Part shown: piece by piece, positions 39,701 to 47,938 of the stretch
Layout of the letters: each line of letters begins with the position of its first letter
Position numbering within the stretch: position 1 is the first letter of the stretch
IMG/VR virus record: IMGVR_UViG_3300021255_000070
Span: 9,747 to 73,746 of that record
Length of the DNA: 64,000 nucleotides
Strand: one strand, 5' to 3'
Source of the DNA: a virus
Taxonomy: Duplodnaviria > Caudoviricetes
Notes under the pieces: generated by a model
The model's input: the letters and a program-made list of their open reading frames with translations, nothing else
What the model was told of the DNA's origin: nothing
Databases searched by the model: none
Program-made: the position numbers and the translations under genes

Positions 39701-42700
39701 AACTACAGCAGCTAATAAAAATGAAGTAAAGAAGACTACTGGAATTATTAATTCTTTACGTAGATTACGCAGATTTATTACTTATGCTATTAAGAAATTC
39801 TTTGAATCAATCTTAAATGGTTATGTACCTTATAAGTATGCTGATTCTGTTGCTGGTTTAATGTCTAAACAGATAGTAGCTTTACGTGCTTTATCTCCAA
39901 AGGTAACTCCTATAGCTGAAGGTAATAACGTTACTACTTCTCAAGTTAGACATGCTATGTCCTTCTCTAATGATATGAACCATGATGAGTTAATGAAGTT
40001 AGCAAAGGATATAGATAAAGTAACTAATAAGTTACTTGATAAACGTAGAAGTTATGAACCAGAAAAGGTTCAATCTGAATACGCTAGAACTATGGCTAAT
40101 AGAGATAAGATGCTAGCTCAGATTAACTCTTATGGTAGATTCTCTAGTGCTCAGTTAGCTGTAATTCGTAGTGTATATACTGCTGTAGCTATGGGTATTA
40201 AGGTAAATAATCATATTTATAGACAGTTATCTGCAACTTTTACTAAAGCTCTAGGTGCATTTAATCAGGAATATTTAACTCCTGAAAATAGACGTAATAA
40301 TCCTAATGAAGCTCAGAAAGCATTAGCTAAATATAGATTCTTAATGAGTAATTATGCAGTAGATGATACTAACTCTAATGAAAAAGCTAATAGATTATTA
40401 CCTACCTTTATGGCTATTGCTATGGTAGATCCTCAGTTAAGAGAGTTCTTTAGAGAACAAAGAAATGTTCCTAATGAACCATACTCTTCTGATAATAATC
40501 TAGAACAAAGTATTGTTAGAGGTACTGTGTCTCTTATTGAGAAAGTAGATAGTTTTATTGATAATCTTAAGAATTTAGAGAATAAGAATCTATCCCAGTT
40601 AATGGATGGTTACATCAATAACTTATTATCAGATGATAAACATAATTCATTCATTGGTAGAACTATAGGCGGATGGTCAGAAGCTGTAGATGATGCAATC
40701 AATAAAGCAGATGAGAAGATTACTTCTAAAGCTTTAAATGTATTCCAGCCACTAGGTAAAATTTCTGCTGATATTGCTAAGAAGTACCCTAGGTTTACTC
40801 CTATAGCTGCTGCTATAAAAATAGCTTTAATGAAACCATTTGAGTTAGGTGGTTATTCTAGAATGGACATCTGGAATGCTACTATTCATGAATATGATGA
40901 ATTAAGTAATAGTATTATTACTGGCTTCTTTAAATATATGTCAAGAGAGTACATGAGTAGAAGTCCTTTAACTCTTGGTGTAATGAAAGCTATCAAGGTA
41001 TGTAAAGATTTAGCAGAAGTTAAATCTAAGCGTTATCGTGAAGATATGCCTAAAGAAGTAATGAAGAGTATGCCTAATCTTAAACATAAAGATTGGGAGT
41101 CTTTAACTCGTTCTATTGGTAAGACAGATATTACTTCTCTAACTTCATATAGAGCTAACCTATCCGATTTAGTAGATTTACTTGAACCAGTTACTTCTCA
41201 AAATGGAATAATTCATCGTGTAAATCTTAGAAAAACTCTTGGTTCTTCATATCAGAGATTTAGTGCTAAATATGGTATTTCTTTAGAAGACTTATATAAA
41301 TATACCAAGCCATTAGCTAATTATATGGTTACAGGCAAGTTTACTTCTAAGACTGAATCAAAGATATATGACGTACAACGTAATAGTGATGCTATCTTAC
41401 ACCGTATAGGTTCATCCATTGGTTCAAGTCAGTATGATATGGCTCGTCAGGAATTAGATGAAATCCTGACTTTAGAAGCTTTAGACAGAACAGATGCTAA
41501 AGACCTAGCTAAGTTAAGAAATATTCTTTCTAATAGAGAGAACCATAAAGGCTTTAGTGAAGTATGGGATATTCTGGCTCAAACTAAGTCTGTGGATAGA
41601 GCTAAATTAATTGAGCATAACCAGCTATTAAATAGATGGCAGGGATATTTACCAGAGAAATCTAGAAATGATAAACAATTAGCTATTGTAGAAGATACTC
41701 CTGAAGTCACAAAGGATTTAGAAATCTTAGGCTATAAGAAAGTAGGTACTTATCAGAAATCAACTGCTGATAAGGATAAGAAAAACTTTGCTTACTATGC
41801 TTGTGATTACAATCCTGAAGCTGCATTTATGTCTGGTGGTTTACAGCTTATGAACTATACTGCTGGAGGTATAAATCTAGAATCAGGTAGGTCAATTAAG
41901 TCTGTAAGACCCGCTATCTATGAACCAGATAATGCTTTAGCTACTGATTTAGATATTAGAGAACATGGTAATGGTTCTCAGCCATTAATCCCTATTTATG
42001 GATATAACAATAAGATTATAGGTTTTGAACGTACAGCAGACCCTAAGTTTACAGAAGACTTTATAGATGCTGATATGCATTTACCTACTCTTATTGGTGA
42101 ATGGGTTGGTCGTCAACATGGCGAGTCTGACCTGCGTAATGCTCGTAAAGAAGTTATTCGTCAGTTAAAGAAAATGTATGATGATAGGGTAGGAGCTACT
42201 TATAAGTTTATAGACTTATTAGACCCTAAGACTTATAAGAGATATCCTCATATTAAAGAAGTATATGATCGTATTTCTCGTGGTTCTTTATATGATGATA
42301 TTTACTCTGTATGGCGACCATCTAATCCATTAGAAAAACCTAAGTTTATGGTGCGTATTGACTTACTTGAGCAAATTGCTGGTCAAAGAAGAGCATCTAT
42401 TTCTGAAATATTCTTAGACCCTAAATCCGATTTTGCTAAAGGTATGAGTAAAGTACTTGATACTTTATTTGGTTCAGCACGATTAATACGTTGGGAACAT
42501 AATATTCAAAGAGGTATGGTAACTCTTAAAAACAATATAGTTGTTAAAGGTGTACAAGTACCTATTCAGAATATTACTGCTAATATGATTGAACTTAATA
42601 TGCTAGGTGTACCAGCAAGATCTATCTTTAGGGGCATAATAGATAAAACTCGTGAATGTGAATCTTACTTACGTATGCAGCAAGAACTGTTAAGACTAGA

Positions 42701-43424
42701 TTATCAGTTGGCTCAACAGTCTGCTAATGGTCCTGAGTATGAAAAGCTCATAAAACGTAAGAATGAGATAAATGAAGATGCTAGACAGTTATCTATTTAT
42801 CCTCTAATTGAGATGGGTGAGTTTAATACTATTACTGATGTGGCTACTATCCGTGAGGATTTAGCTATTGTACAAGGTAAGTATGGTGACTTATTAGATC
42901 AAAAGATAGAAGAATTACCAGATGATGTACAGAAAGGATTAAAACAACTTATTGTATCTAAAGATACTGGATTATATAAGTTATTATCTAAAGCTGTTCA
43001 GTATGGCGACTTAGTTGCTAAATCTATCCTATACGATGATGTGCTAAAGCGTCAGAAGAAAGGTCGTAAACAGGCTGAGTATATGGCTACTACATTCTTT
43101 GTAGATTATGACTTAATGCCGGGTCGAACCAGAGATTACCTAGAGTCTATCGGTTTGATGTGGTTCTATAATTATAAGTTAAGAATGTCTAAGGTTTTGG
43201 TTCATATGTTTACGAATAATCCTTTAAGACTTCTTCTTTGGGGATTAACACCTCAAGGTTTAGGATTCTCTGCTTTAGATACTCCTTTAAAGGATTCTGC
43301 TCTAGGTAGATTACTAGGCTTTGGTCCAGCTCTATCTTCTACAGCATTCTTTGGAGCACCGGGAATGGTTGTATCAGCTTTAACATCTAACCCTTGGTTG
43401 ATTCTAGCTGGATTAATCTTCTAA
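30783..43424 (+). CDS. Virion-encapsidated RNA polymerase (N4 gp50-like), 4213 aa
   Basis: T7-superfamily motifs A (EVDSRSSG, D1957), B (RDSGKTTMTPIGYG, R2075/K2079/Y2087), C (AVFDG, D2414); N4-like C-terminus (YGDLVAK, DYDLMPGRTRDYLESIGLMWFYNYK). Confidence 0.96.
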   Translation: MSDLFNATMQMIQNNAQNLASNQPATPPDAMVSQTPTINPSLSQEQVAQFIDNVDGASYQAARERGDTSGVSPETLKVAHASRDELIQLLGEQGADAALYKINTGINAYNSASSISRTAPQFVTDNVSRFAGGVAGLGGVVATGAATAVDRTINGFTGSDDYTLTKATANASRALTDFFDKTLTSDSRIAQQFASDARRADRAAANQAKYEYDKTHGKGIEADLAYFGRGATDGIRNAFDTPSDLAEGVADVAGSLIGFSTGIGLAGKAAQVGGKFLPKFLSNMSDDAIRASQALRASGANGKQILEVLGARSGEKLGALDRLGIHMGTPAMLNAAAVGGEGVEQALAELDGVTDTELMESSPVAKLYYDAYIQDGYTPSEAMRMMREKIEANLIIPAFQSGALAGAVSGKLLDKVLRNPLTLNVGRQLQKNQINMLSEAYASGEKDLFNAAIAKTAAKTAKTAKPESFLSRTLAEGGEEIVETAPTPFINAAVQENLDPTRNILDNWGEEVGESGALGALAGSGVVSPATVGRGITKGIKSVLGSKKKSSDTEDTESPSLSSMSEEDRAEGVKEFNAAMETNDTSGLSAKGVSAGLTESGLLKKTSNEEGISEVTPDENLTAEESEYVTNLPLNSSEKSRVTELKNQGLIDKDAVITTKADYYEALLNTAAKASETDENGHHTITLTKDQYRVLEDEIDEMGTQLSWKHSEQPSDARVRNIANWMSNNQNLQNQRNELSSLGYSMFQEEMKDENTVKEINNIQQITSKQDNKSNVELTNSNTFGSVVRHAIASINNISNLITKKESQESDSEVNTQEIDKVIEVLQAVKNGIEHGNIKITSENNRLIAKATMAHEILSQWRNTVQQISKIPNVNANISLVNTQKVGSRTNLNNENASIDSISQEETGYDKPPLITHLNRMLNAYLANDILGYKAARLALDKFIATQNAKLFKLQHALDLYRDTKAGKVSNTKRDVEKGEWTINSNNEESMRNLASAIGLENALMGSLRNLVEVFMFQSSAHSDNYKEHTPFNLRKKNTVFSEIDENKRESSKTAMIKRLKGRGSILNTDAKNALERYLNSAKNARTLMQELERAGATDEQGEFISSPNVENPSTTFNDSQVTKEEEEVEAKSSEPSKEATSGTGSTTSEDTSSTNIPETEIDTEEVSKKVLSAEEEAVKEIFDGIEGTDEETTEPDSETDSKGTWYRELPANDSTKFINKGYRLFTVEAHVYLRQNQLRSFQGGRSKIYSDGAAFFTADEILLLSHNLKAVKTLDNDLSNSTVSLAPTSTSGINGILSSLWKRYTGGKKEKSVTKTVDDLKAQYKKDAYNKLTKGFDSYYQKLNDNFKESTNTFKDSFNNEAKVKNLVEAYNNAKESSEKQKISTEIENLLFTSMNNRFNFPVALFTKSGKSSVISIGSDGVSFELELNKEAVEVAYHAIQQELYNQRNKASSVDLNSPRWENVQFPKGKRRAILDEWEYAVNAHDVISNIIPKVKGYLNIRDTSSFTEAESNLIAHGIAYLMAPLEGEEEGSEFIIKTVTNPSTLNRDTDLAAYAKAVNGNKDTVNVISFKRSNGTVINTLYEPDCAKRASSVMDEIYDYRVDTPINLGSEGKANIDSLNLKDKRKNMPQNRVGKYEQEVIEDRQSEKYTPVTEQFKLYTKFFGSNDRESIDNICKAFTGYTKSEVDEYFKFRALADDDGSFSEEKWENNNQGFTSKEDAQQAFNDYNINKHEFNYMCKLRSSQIPYVQGYETCIELANAMMEALSYTDSLQNFLSEKVPNLTDAEKEQISQHYGYQITVSGRLQDATSSISPVTNKIVRELISNLNPVTITKEDTAPKSIQDKPELATWMLSVNQAFGQKLWSTNLPTAVSNINKYIKELKPELGSTWNKLISIAENQEVNKLTTEEITAIREALDKYGYDVSPLSIHALVDLAQYSSLKAGEQFKSSMYIEVDSRSSGASIMASRYNVDGFTEDEINLMESAGYMVYRVERPSDILTAEPNSHYKRDLYQNSGDKVINQINEDGSKFFAKSNKEVHQIRTATLRLMSVFNPKFFKVDIDKDGIATVKEATRDSGKTTMTPIGYGSQIGGISHQKVSDLLDGIYNTYNQMAEELAEKPDMFNKLSSPKEIQEEILFFIGSHFFKKKSEDISDEAFRKELIETTKEFLADMDTVYGSHLGIQNKPNSSTEFIVTTREKRDAHPIFKWLIGKNPNTLINLQSGSKAYARLQQMVSDASKMDYDGDFLRDNIKICISDPAFRACQDQLGKSVQATMKDIEQLTNLSNLVQHIFKSIASTAFAGTNTDRTLSQDQKKAIDRTKIGKALRKLGIPYGADGSASYPAFKDGIDRSSSNKVAELHINDKTINLFNLSKATPLGEGGKSGLTQGAGDGDVVNILVHLNKAMDRFLAVFDGINIELNNLGKVADKITEAQLESHKQVIYAGMLDAFNAITSILKENPEIFNIENAFSIVGNETAFFMLNLVVPTELHNKIKITDKYTLADLTKLANNSDTYGEAASVFNEITPEVMKKAFNLAGKHYQDKAVSCLAKRTVFHGMPTDESLSKKFTAGSNWEPRKDGLFTVMPLGLFNMDSYGSGTKEVQFTPFVAQDLDGNTINIDTINDWNNLGKDLEPKERANLKNQILNNTYDTNRAYIEGYKDTAFPVTTFDDVDSTPIEKVRTIDDAIKDIFAESTSDKNTRYVKNSEMQFLKRTVKALFNITGINPNNVKYVEISFDSSKDKLIEQIKSLGLTSTEETALINDINSKDNKFNFSSIRGFTQGNLIILNRDKGTSWTSTDSRYLVHELCHIGLSNVLAGKLTSKDTRIANAANELVGSLRSNTKYFFTSLVNSIYKNLNKETRDAIVSYKGSGSVSEKDILKILLSTSENTKDLKKRIIGALNVNNQTSSETVKAFTDMFTQLGLEYGNTSNLFNGSVADSTEAVFDTLLSQPNVLDEAIAWVNSTIEINRYAQTTAANKNEVKKTTGIINSLRRLRRFITYAIKKFFESILNGYVPYKYADSVAGLMSKQIVALRALSPKVTPIAEGNNVTTSQVRHAMSFSNDMNHDELMKLAKDIDKVTNKLLDKRRSYEPEKVQSEYARTMANRDKMLAQINSYGRFSSAQLAVIRSVYTAVAMGIKVNNHIYRQLSATFTKALGAFNQEYLTPENRRNNPNEAQKALAKYRFLMSNYAVDDTNSNEKANRLLPTFMAIAMVDPQLREFFREQRNVPNEPYSSDNNLEQSIVRGTVSLIEKVDSFIDNLKNLENKNLSQLMDGYINNLLSDDKHNSFIGRTIGGWSEAVDDAINKADEKITSKALNVFQPLGKISADIAKKYPRFTPIAAAIKIALMKPFELGGYSRMDIWNATIHEYDELSNSIITGFFKYMSREYMSRSPLTLGVMKAIKVCKDLAEVKSKRYREDMPKEVMKSMPNLKHKDWESLTRSIGKTDITSLTSYRANLSDLVDLLEPVTSQNGIIHRVNLRKTLGSSYQRFSAKYGISLEDLYKYTKPLANYMVTGKFTSKTESKIYDVQRNSDAILHRIGSSIGSSQYDMARQELDEILTLEALDRTDAKDLAKLRNILSNRENHKGFSEVWDILAQTKSVDRAKLIEHNQLLNRWQGYLPEKSRNDKQLAIVEDTPEVTKDLEILGYKKVGTYQKSTADKDKKNFAYYACDYNPEAAFMSGGLQLMNYTAGGINLESGRSIKSVRPAIYEPDNALATDLDIREHGNGSQPLIPIYGYNNKIIGFERTADPKFTEDFIDADMHLPTLIGEWVGRQHGESDLRNARKEVIRQLKKMYDDRVGATYKFIDLLDPKTYKRYPHIKEVYDRISRGSLYDDIYSVWRPSNPLEKPKFMVRIDLLEQIAGQRRASISEIFLDPKSDFAKGMSKVLDTLFGSARLIRWEHNIQRGMVTLKNNIVVKGVQVPIQNITANMIELNMLGVPARSIFRGIIDKTRECESYLRMQQELLRLDYQLAQQSANGPEYEKLIKRKNEINEDARQLSIYPLIEMGEFNTITDVATIREDLAIVQGKYGDLLDQKIEELPDDVQKGLKQLIVSKDTGLYKLLSKAVQYGDLVAKSILYDDVLKRQKKGRKQAEYMATTFFVDYDLMPGRTRDYLESIGLMWFYNYKLRMSKVLVHMFTNNPLRLLLWGLTPQGLGFSALDTPLKDSALGRLLGFGPALSSTAFFGAPGMVVSALTSNPWLILAGLIF

Positions 43425-43456
43425 AAAATAAAGCCCCTTAACAGGGGCTTTATTTT
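43425..43456. terminator. Bidirectional terminator between late and middle modules
   Basis: AAAATAAAGCCCCT-TAAC-AGGGGCTTTATTTT between convergent genes. Confidence 0.92.
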
Positions 43457-43458
43457 AT

Positions 43459-43887
43459 TTACTTATTAGTAGGTCTTGTTAGAGCACCGAATAAACTTCC
43501 TGTTACCTGAGCATTATTGCTGGTTCCACTAGAACCATTGGAGCTAGTGTCAGATACACTAGAGGAACTTGTACGTTGTCCCTGCTTGTTAGTCTCATCA
43601 TTCTTACTGGTTGATTCAACTTTAGTGTTGTTTGACACATCTGATTTTGCCTCCTTAGCTGGTTCAGTTTCTTTCTGTGGTTCTTTTGTTTCTTTGGTTT
43701 CATCATTTCTTGAATCATGGTTGCTGTTGCCACACACGCCATTGATTTCAATATCGGCAATAACCCCATCTGCTCCTCGTGTAGCAGTTAATTCTATGTC
43801 TGCTTGATTGATATTAATACCATAGGTATCTTTAATATAATACTTGATAGCTGATTCAATTTCCTGCTGATTAATCTGAATCTTCAT
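43459..43887 (-). CDS. N4 gp49-like hypothetical protein
   Basis: MKIQINQQEIESAIK...TATRGADGVIADIEI, low-complexity tail; synteny. Confidence 0.65.
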   Translation of the reverse strand: MKIQINQQEIESAIKYYIKDTYGININQADIELTATRGADGVIADIEINGVCGNSNHDSRNDETKETKEPQKETEPAKEAKSDVSNNTKVESTSKNDETNKQGQRTSSSSVSDTSSNGSSGTSNNAQVTGSLFGALTRPTNK

Positions 43888-44287
43888 TTATATCTCCATG
43901 AATGTATATATCTATTCTTGGATTGGTTCTATCTACTGAACCAAACCTATATACTACCTGCCGTAAATAATCGTGATTATCATCTTTAAGATGATTAGAT
44001 TCAACCAATGCATCACAAAAGAATTTATCAACAATACAGCAAACATTAGCCACATCAGAGTGGTTATTTCTCTGAGGATACCAAACGTATTCCACTGTGT
44101 ATACATATTTAAAGACAGGTAGGTTATTTAATTGAGGTAAGATTAGTTCTTTGTACCGTATCTTAATATCATTTAATACATGAAAGTGTGTATTTCTATA
44201 TACATTAAGATTAAGAGCTATTATTCTATCTTTTTTTGTCTTTCTTGGTATTACTATACTTACTGGAGAACTAATCTTATATATCAT
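43871..44287 (-). CDS. RusA-like Holliday junction resolvase
   Basis: DVAN...VDKFFCDALVE...DDN RusA catalytic pattern. Confidence 0.8.
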   Translation of the reverse strand: MIYKISSPVSIVIPRKTKKDRIIALNLNVYRNTHFHVLNDIKIRYKELILPQLNNLPVFKYVYTVEYVWYPQRNNHSDVANVCCIVDKFFCDALVESNHLKDDNHDYLRQVVYRFGSVDRTNPRIDIYIHGDINEDSD

Positions 44288-45015
44288 TATTTATCAAAAA
44301 GTGAGCTGTGAACTTTCTGAGAACCAGTTGCAGATGCAGTCTTAGGAGCATTAGTTACTTCCTTATAGTCATCTTTAACTTGGTCTTTCCATTTAGCTTC
44401 CCATTTACCTAGGAAGGTTCCAAACTCTAGTTTATCTCTTGCTTCAACAAAAGTACACTTATAATCTGGATGGAAGAACTTCTCAATAGAGTTAGTAAAC
44501 TTCTCTTCTGAGCTATCTACATAAGTATCACCGCTCTTTACACGCTTATTCTCTCTCTTCTTAAGAATAGCTACTAAGACTTTCTTATCTAATAATCCAG
44601 TAAGTACAGGTGCTAGAGTTGGTTCCTCTTTCTGAGTATCAAAGTTATATAACTTAATCTCTTTCTCTTCAGATTCTTGAGCAGATAGAGGTTTCTCAGT
44701 TACTAGCTCACATAGGTCATCAATGTTACTGAAACCCGGTAGAGGAATCTTCTTGTTGTTCTGGTTCAACCAATATGGATGACCTTCTTTATTGGTAATC
44801 CACATAGTCTCTCTGTACTCAGTACCATCATCAAGGTTAAGAATTAAACCAATACCCTGAGCTTTAGTATTCTGTGACTTAACTAGATATGCAGCTTTAA
44901 CTACAGCATTATAAATGCCTGATTCTTTAATAAAGCCTTCACCACCACTTACTCGGTCAGTGGTTTTTTCCATATCTTTAGTTTCATCAGCTAGATTTGC
45001 AAATAAATTTGCCAT
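44287..45015 (-). CDS. ssb: Single-stranded DNA-binding protein (N4 gp45-like)
   Basis: 242 aa, EYRETMWIT...LPGFSNIDDLC, SLFDK C-terminus; synteny. Confidence 0.8.
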   Translation of the reverse strand: MANLFANLADETKDMEKTTDRVSGGEGFIKESGIYNAVVKAAYLVKSQNTKAQGIGLILNLDDGTEYRETMWITNKEGHPYWLNQNNKKIPLPGFSNIDDLCELVTEKPLSAQESEEKEIKLYNFDTQKEEPTLAPVLTGLLDKKVLVAILKKRENKRVKSGDTYVDSSEEKFTNSIEKFFHPDYKCTFVEARDKLEFGTFLGKWEAKWKDQVKDDYKEVTNAPKTASATGSQKVHSSLFDK

Positions 45016-45018
45016 TTA

Positions 45019-45747
45019 TTAACTCCTATAGTAGTTATTTAAGTGATCTAACAAGATTTGACAATCATTATCCATAAAGGTCTGACTCTTATTGAATAGA
45101 CCCATAGGACTTCTGATTCTGGTATTAACAGTGTCTTTAGTTACACGAGTCTGGAAGACATATTTAAATCCTAAATCTTCCTCTTCTTCAGAAATATTTA
45201 ATAAATCTGATTTATAGTCCTTTAGTTTAACTAAAGGCATTTTCTGAGAATAAACAATAGTAGAGAAATATGCTTCAATACCTGTGCCTTTTAAAGCACC
45301 CTTTACAGGAACTGAGGTCTTAGTTTCAAGTGTCTTTTCATCATAAGTATCTGCAATATGAGCTATGAATATAACTGGTTTACCAAATTTAATAACTCTA
45401 TCTTGTAAGATAGATTTAAAGAATTGATTATATTCACTCCATGCTTTCATGGTATTGGTAGCTGTTAATACATATTGAGATTCATACATCTCCATTAAGA
45501 AGGTAAGTGAATCTACAATAATACCTTCACAGTTTGGGTCTTCAGCTCCATGATCGAATGCTTCAAATATCTGCATTGGATCTTCTAATCTGAATTCCCT
45601 AAAATTAGACTTGAAAGGCAACTTCTTACCTGCTTCAGTATTAAGATAATACCATTTTTCTTGGTTCCTGATATTTCTTAAACTAGCTGACTTACCTGAA
45701 CCAGATAAGCCACCTATTAGAATGAGCTGATCATTAGTATCACTCAT
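45019..45747 (-). CDS. AAA-family ATPase (N4 gp44-like)
   Basis: Walker A GLSGSGKS, IIVDSLTF, VIFIAH, IEAYFSTIV. Confidence 0.88.
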   Translation of the reverse strand: MSDTNDQLILIGGLSGSGKSASLRNIRNQEKWYYLNTEAGKKLPFKSNFREFRLEDPMQIFEAFDHGAEDPNCEGIIVDSLTFLMEMYESQYVLTATNTMKAWSEYNQFFKSILQDRVIKFGKPVIFIAHIADTYDEKTLETKTSVPVKGALKGTGIEAYFSTIVYSQKMPLVKLKDYKSDLLNISEEEEDLGFKYVFQTRVTKDTVNTRIRSPMGLFNKSQTFMDNDCQILLDHLNNYYRS

Positions 45748-47938
45748 TGGTTCTATCTCCTATTTTCTTAGCTGCGGTTTTTAGACATGTATTAGCTAAC
45801 TCCTCTTCTGGTAGAGGGTTAGGTAATCTTTTATTAAATCCCTTAACAAGTTTTTCAACATCTTCTAAAGATTTACCTGAGTCTACAAGAGCCATAGTAT
45901 ATCTAAGCATATAGTTATTTCTATTGCCTACATCCATCTTCTGGATGAACCATCTCTCTAAAGCACCTAGGTCTGCAAGTTTCTTGTCCTTGAACTGTTT
46001 ATTATAAATATCATTACTTCTACTTCCCGGAATAAATGGAAGTACATTGAACAGTTTTCCCTGATGGTCAAGAACAATACCTTTAGGATTGGTTTCCCAT
46101 TTATGAGAAATATCCTTAACCATCTCATCACAGGTAAAAGGTAAATAAGTAAGTATATTAGACATAAATTGGCTAAATTCTTCCTTATTTAATTCTAATT
46201 CATGTGACATTGGAATTAAGATACGGTATCTATTCTGTTCAGTAGTATGACGCTTGGTTGTATAGATAATATAGGAATAATCCTCTAGGATATTCTGAGC
46301 CAAGGTAATAGGTGTACCGTCATCTATATCTAGAATAATAGTATTAAATCTACCTATTACATCTTCATTACATCTATGACCATTACCATTTACTTCGCAA
46401 GCAAAGTGATGATTACAGAAATGCAATGGTTCTCCTGCTTTATCAGGAGATTCCATGGTTCCTAATCGTTTCAGATTATCCCAAGAGAGTTCATCGTTAT
46501 AATAATTAAAAGCAAAGTCAGTACTGTAACTAATAATACTGCTATCACCTGAACTGTTGTTTAACTGCTTACCACTTAAGAACTCAATATCATCATTATA
46601 TCTGGATGTAATAAGAATATTATGATCTAGTCCCCAAGCTTTAGCTAAAGACAGCATATCTTTCTTATTAGAACTTCCCTTAAAGAAGGGTAATTCTTCT
46701 ACAATTTCTGCATGAGTTACTTCATGAGTCTGTTCACTAATAAATTTAGCTAACTTCATATGAGGTAGGTCTCTAGTAAGAATCTTAGTGAAAGCATTAC
46801 CTGATTCTTCTACTAGCTTGATTGCTTGGTTCAAATGAGTTTCAGTAATATCTGGACTTACATCTACGAAAGCAAATGCACCTGCTAGTTTAAGAGCTTT
46901 AAAATATCTATTAGATACTTCAGTTTTCTGCAATAGCTGAGATGCTTTAAACTTCTCTGCTTTCTCTTCACATTCCATCTTATATTCCTGTAACTTAATA
47001 CCTATATCATCAGGTAGATTTACAGAATAGTTATACATATTCTGGTCTGCAAGAGAAGCAAAGTGTGATGACCATTTAGCAGCTATAGCATCATTCTGAG
47101 GGTCACATAAATCATCATAGATTTCTTTAGGAGTTCTATTCTGATAATTGATAGAAGATGTATTCTTACCCATACAGAATAGAGTTCTTCTAGCATATCC
47201 TGTTCTTAGATAAGCATAGAAGTTATCTTCTATGGTTCCACCATCTAGCAGAGCATATGGCTCTCCAAATAACAGCATATTAGCTGGAGTAGAACCATCC
47301 AAGTCTTCACCTCTGGATGAACTGTCTGTATTCTTAGTTAATTTCTGCTTGGTAAAGCCTTTATCAAATAGTTCTAAGAACATATTTAAGGCTTCCCCTG
47401 AATCTGTAAGATTCATGCCAATCTCATCAATCTGTAGATTAATAGAACCAATGCCTGCCATTAACAGTTTCTGTCTCATTTGCTTAATAGCTGGTCCGGT
47501 AGCAGAATCAAAAGTAAATAAATAAGAACCAAGTTTATTATATTCTTGGGTTATTAATTTAATTTCTTCTGCTTGACTGGTATGATTATTAACAGATCTA
47601 GTAGTAGCCATATCTGCAAGATGCTTTTGTGCAAATGCCGGCATAGTATCCTGTAGAAAAGCTACTCGGAAGTCTCTGATAATATTCTCTTCCATAAAAT
47701 TAACACTAAAATTCTTACCATAACCTGAAGGAGCCAAGGCTAATACATAAGTATTAATTGGTATGGTTCCTAAGTGTTTGGTAACAATATTAGCTCGCAT
47801 ACAGGCTGCCATCTTGCCGATATAATAGGTAACGATGGTTCTGAAGAAAGCCTTATCTGTACTCTGTTTCTTTTTACAGAGTACATCAGTTATTTCTTCA
47901 ATAGGCTGAAAATGCTGAACTGTACTTAAATCAATCAT
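45740..47938 (-). CDS. DNA primase (N4 gp43-like, primase with PriCT-like C-terminus)
   Basis: LAPSGYGKN P-loop, ILDIDDG, YTTKRH, RYRILIP, GNRNNYMLRY. Confidence 0.88.
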   Translation of the reverse strand: MIDLSTVQHFQPIEEITDVLCKKKQSTDKAFFRTIVTYYIGKMAACMRANIVTKHLGTIPINTYVLALAPSGYGKNFSVNFMEENIIRDFRVAFLQDTMPAFAQKHLADMATTRSVNNHTSQAEEIKLITQEYNKLGSYLFTFDSATGPAIKQMRQKLLMAGIGSINLQIDEIGMNLTDSGEALNMFLELFDKGFTKQKLTKNTDSSSRGEDLDGSTPANMLLFGEPYALLDGGTIEDNFYAYLRTGYARRTLFCMGKNTSSINYQNRTPKEIYDDLCDPQNDAIAAKWSSHFASLADQNMYNYSVNLPDDIGIKLQEYKMECEEKAEKFKASQLLQKTEVSNRYFKALKLAGAFAFVDVSPDITETHLNQAIKLVEESGNAFTKILTRDLPHMKLAKFISEQTHEVTHAEIVEELPFFKGSSNKKDMLSLAKAWGLDHNILITSRYNDDIEFLSGKQLNNSSGDSSIISYSTDFAFNYYNDELSWDNLKRLGTMESPDKAGEPLHFCNHHFACEVNGNGHRCNEDVIGRFNTIILDIDDGTPITLAQNILEDYSYIIYTTKRHTTEQNRYRILIPMSHELELNKEEFSQFMSNILTYLPFTCDEMVKDISHKWETNPKGIVLDHQGKLFNVLPFIPGSRSNDIYNKQFKDKKLADLGALERWFIQKMDVGNRNNYMLRYTMALVDSGKSLEDVEKLVKGFNKRLPNPLPEEELANTCLKTAAKKIGDRTNE

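Noticed and set aside
1558-45747. Many proteins begin with Met-Ser-Asp, suggesting a shared targeting tag
   Set aside because: It occurs in virion and non-virion proteins alike (TerL, AAA ATPase), so it is more simply a translation-initiation preference.
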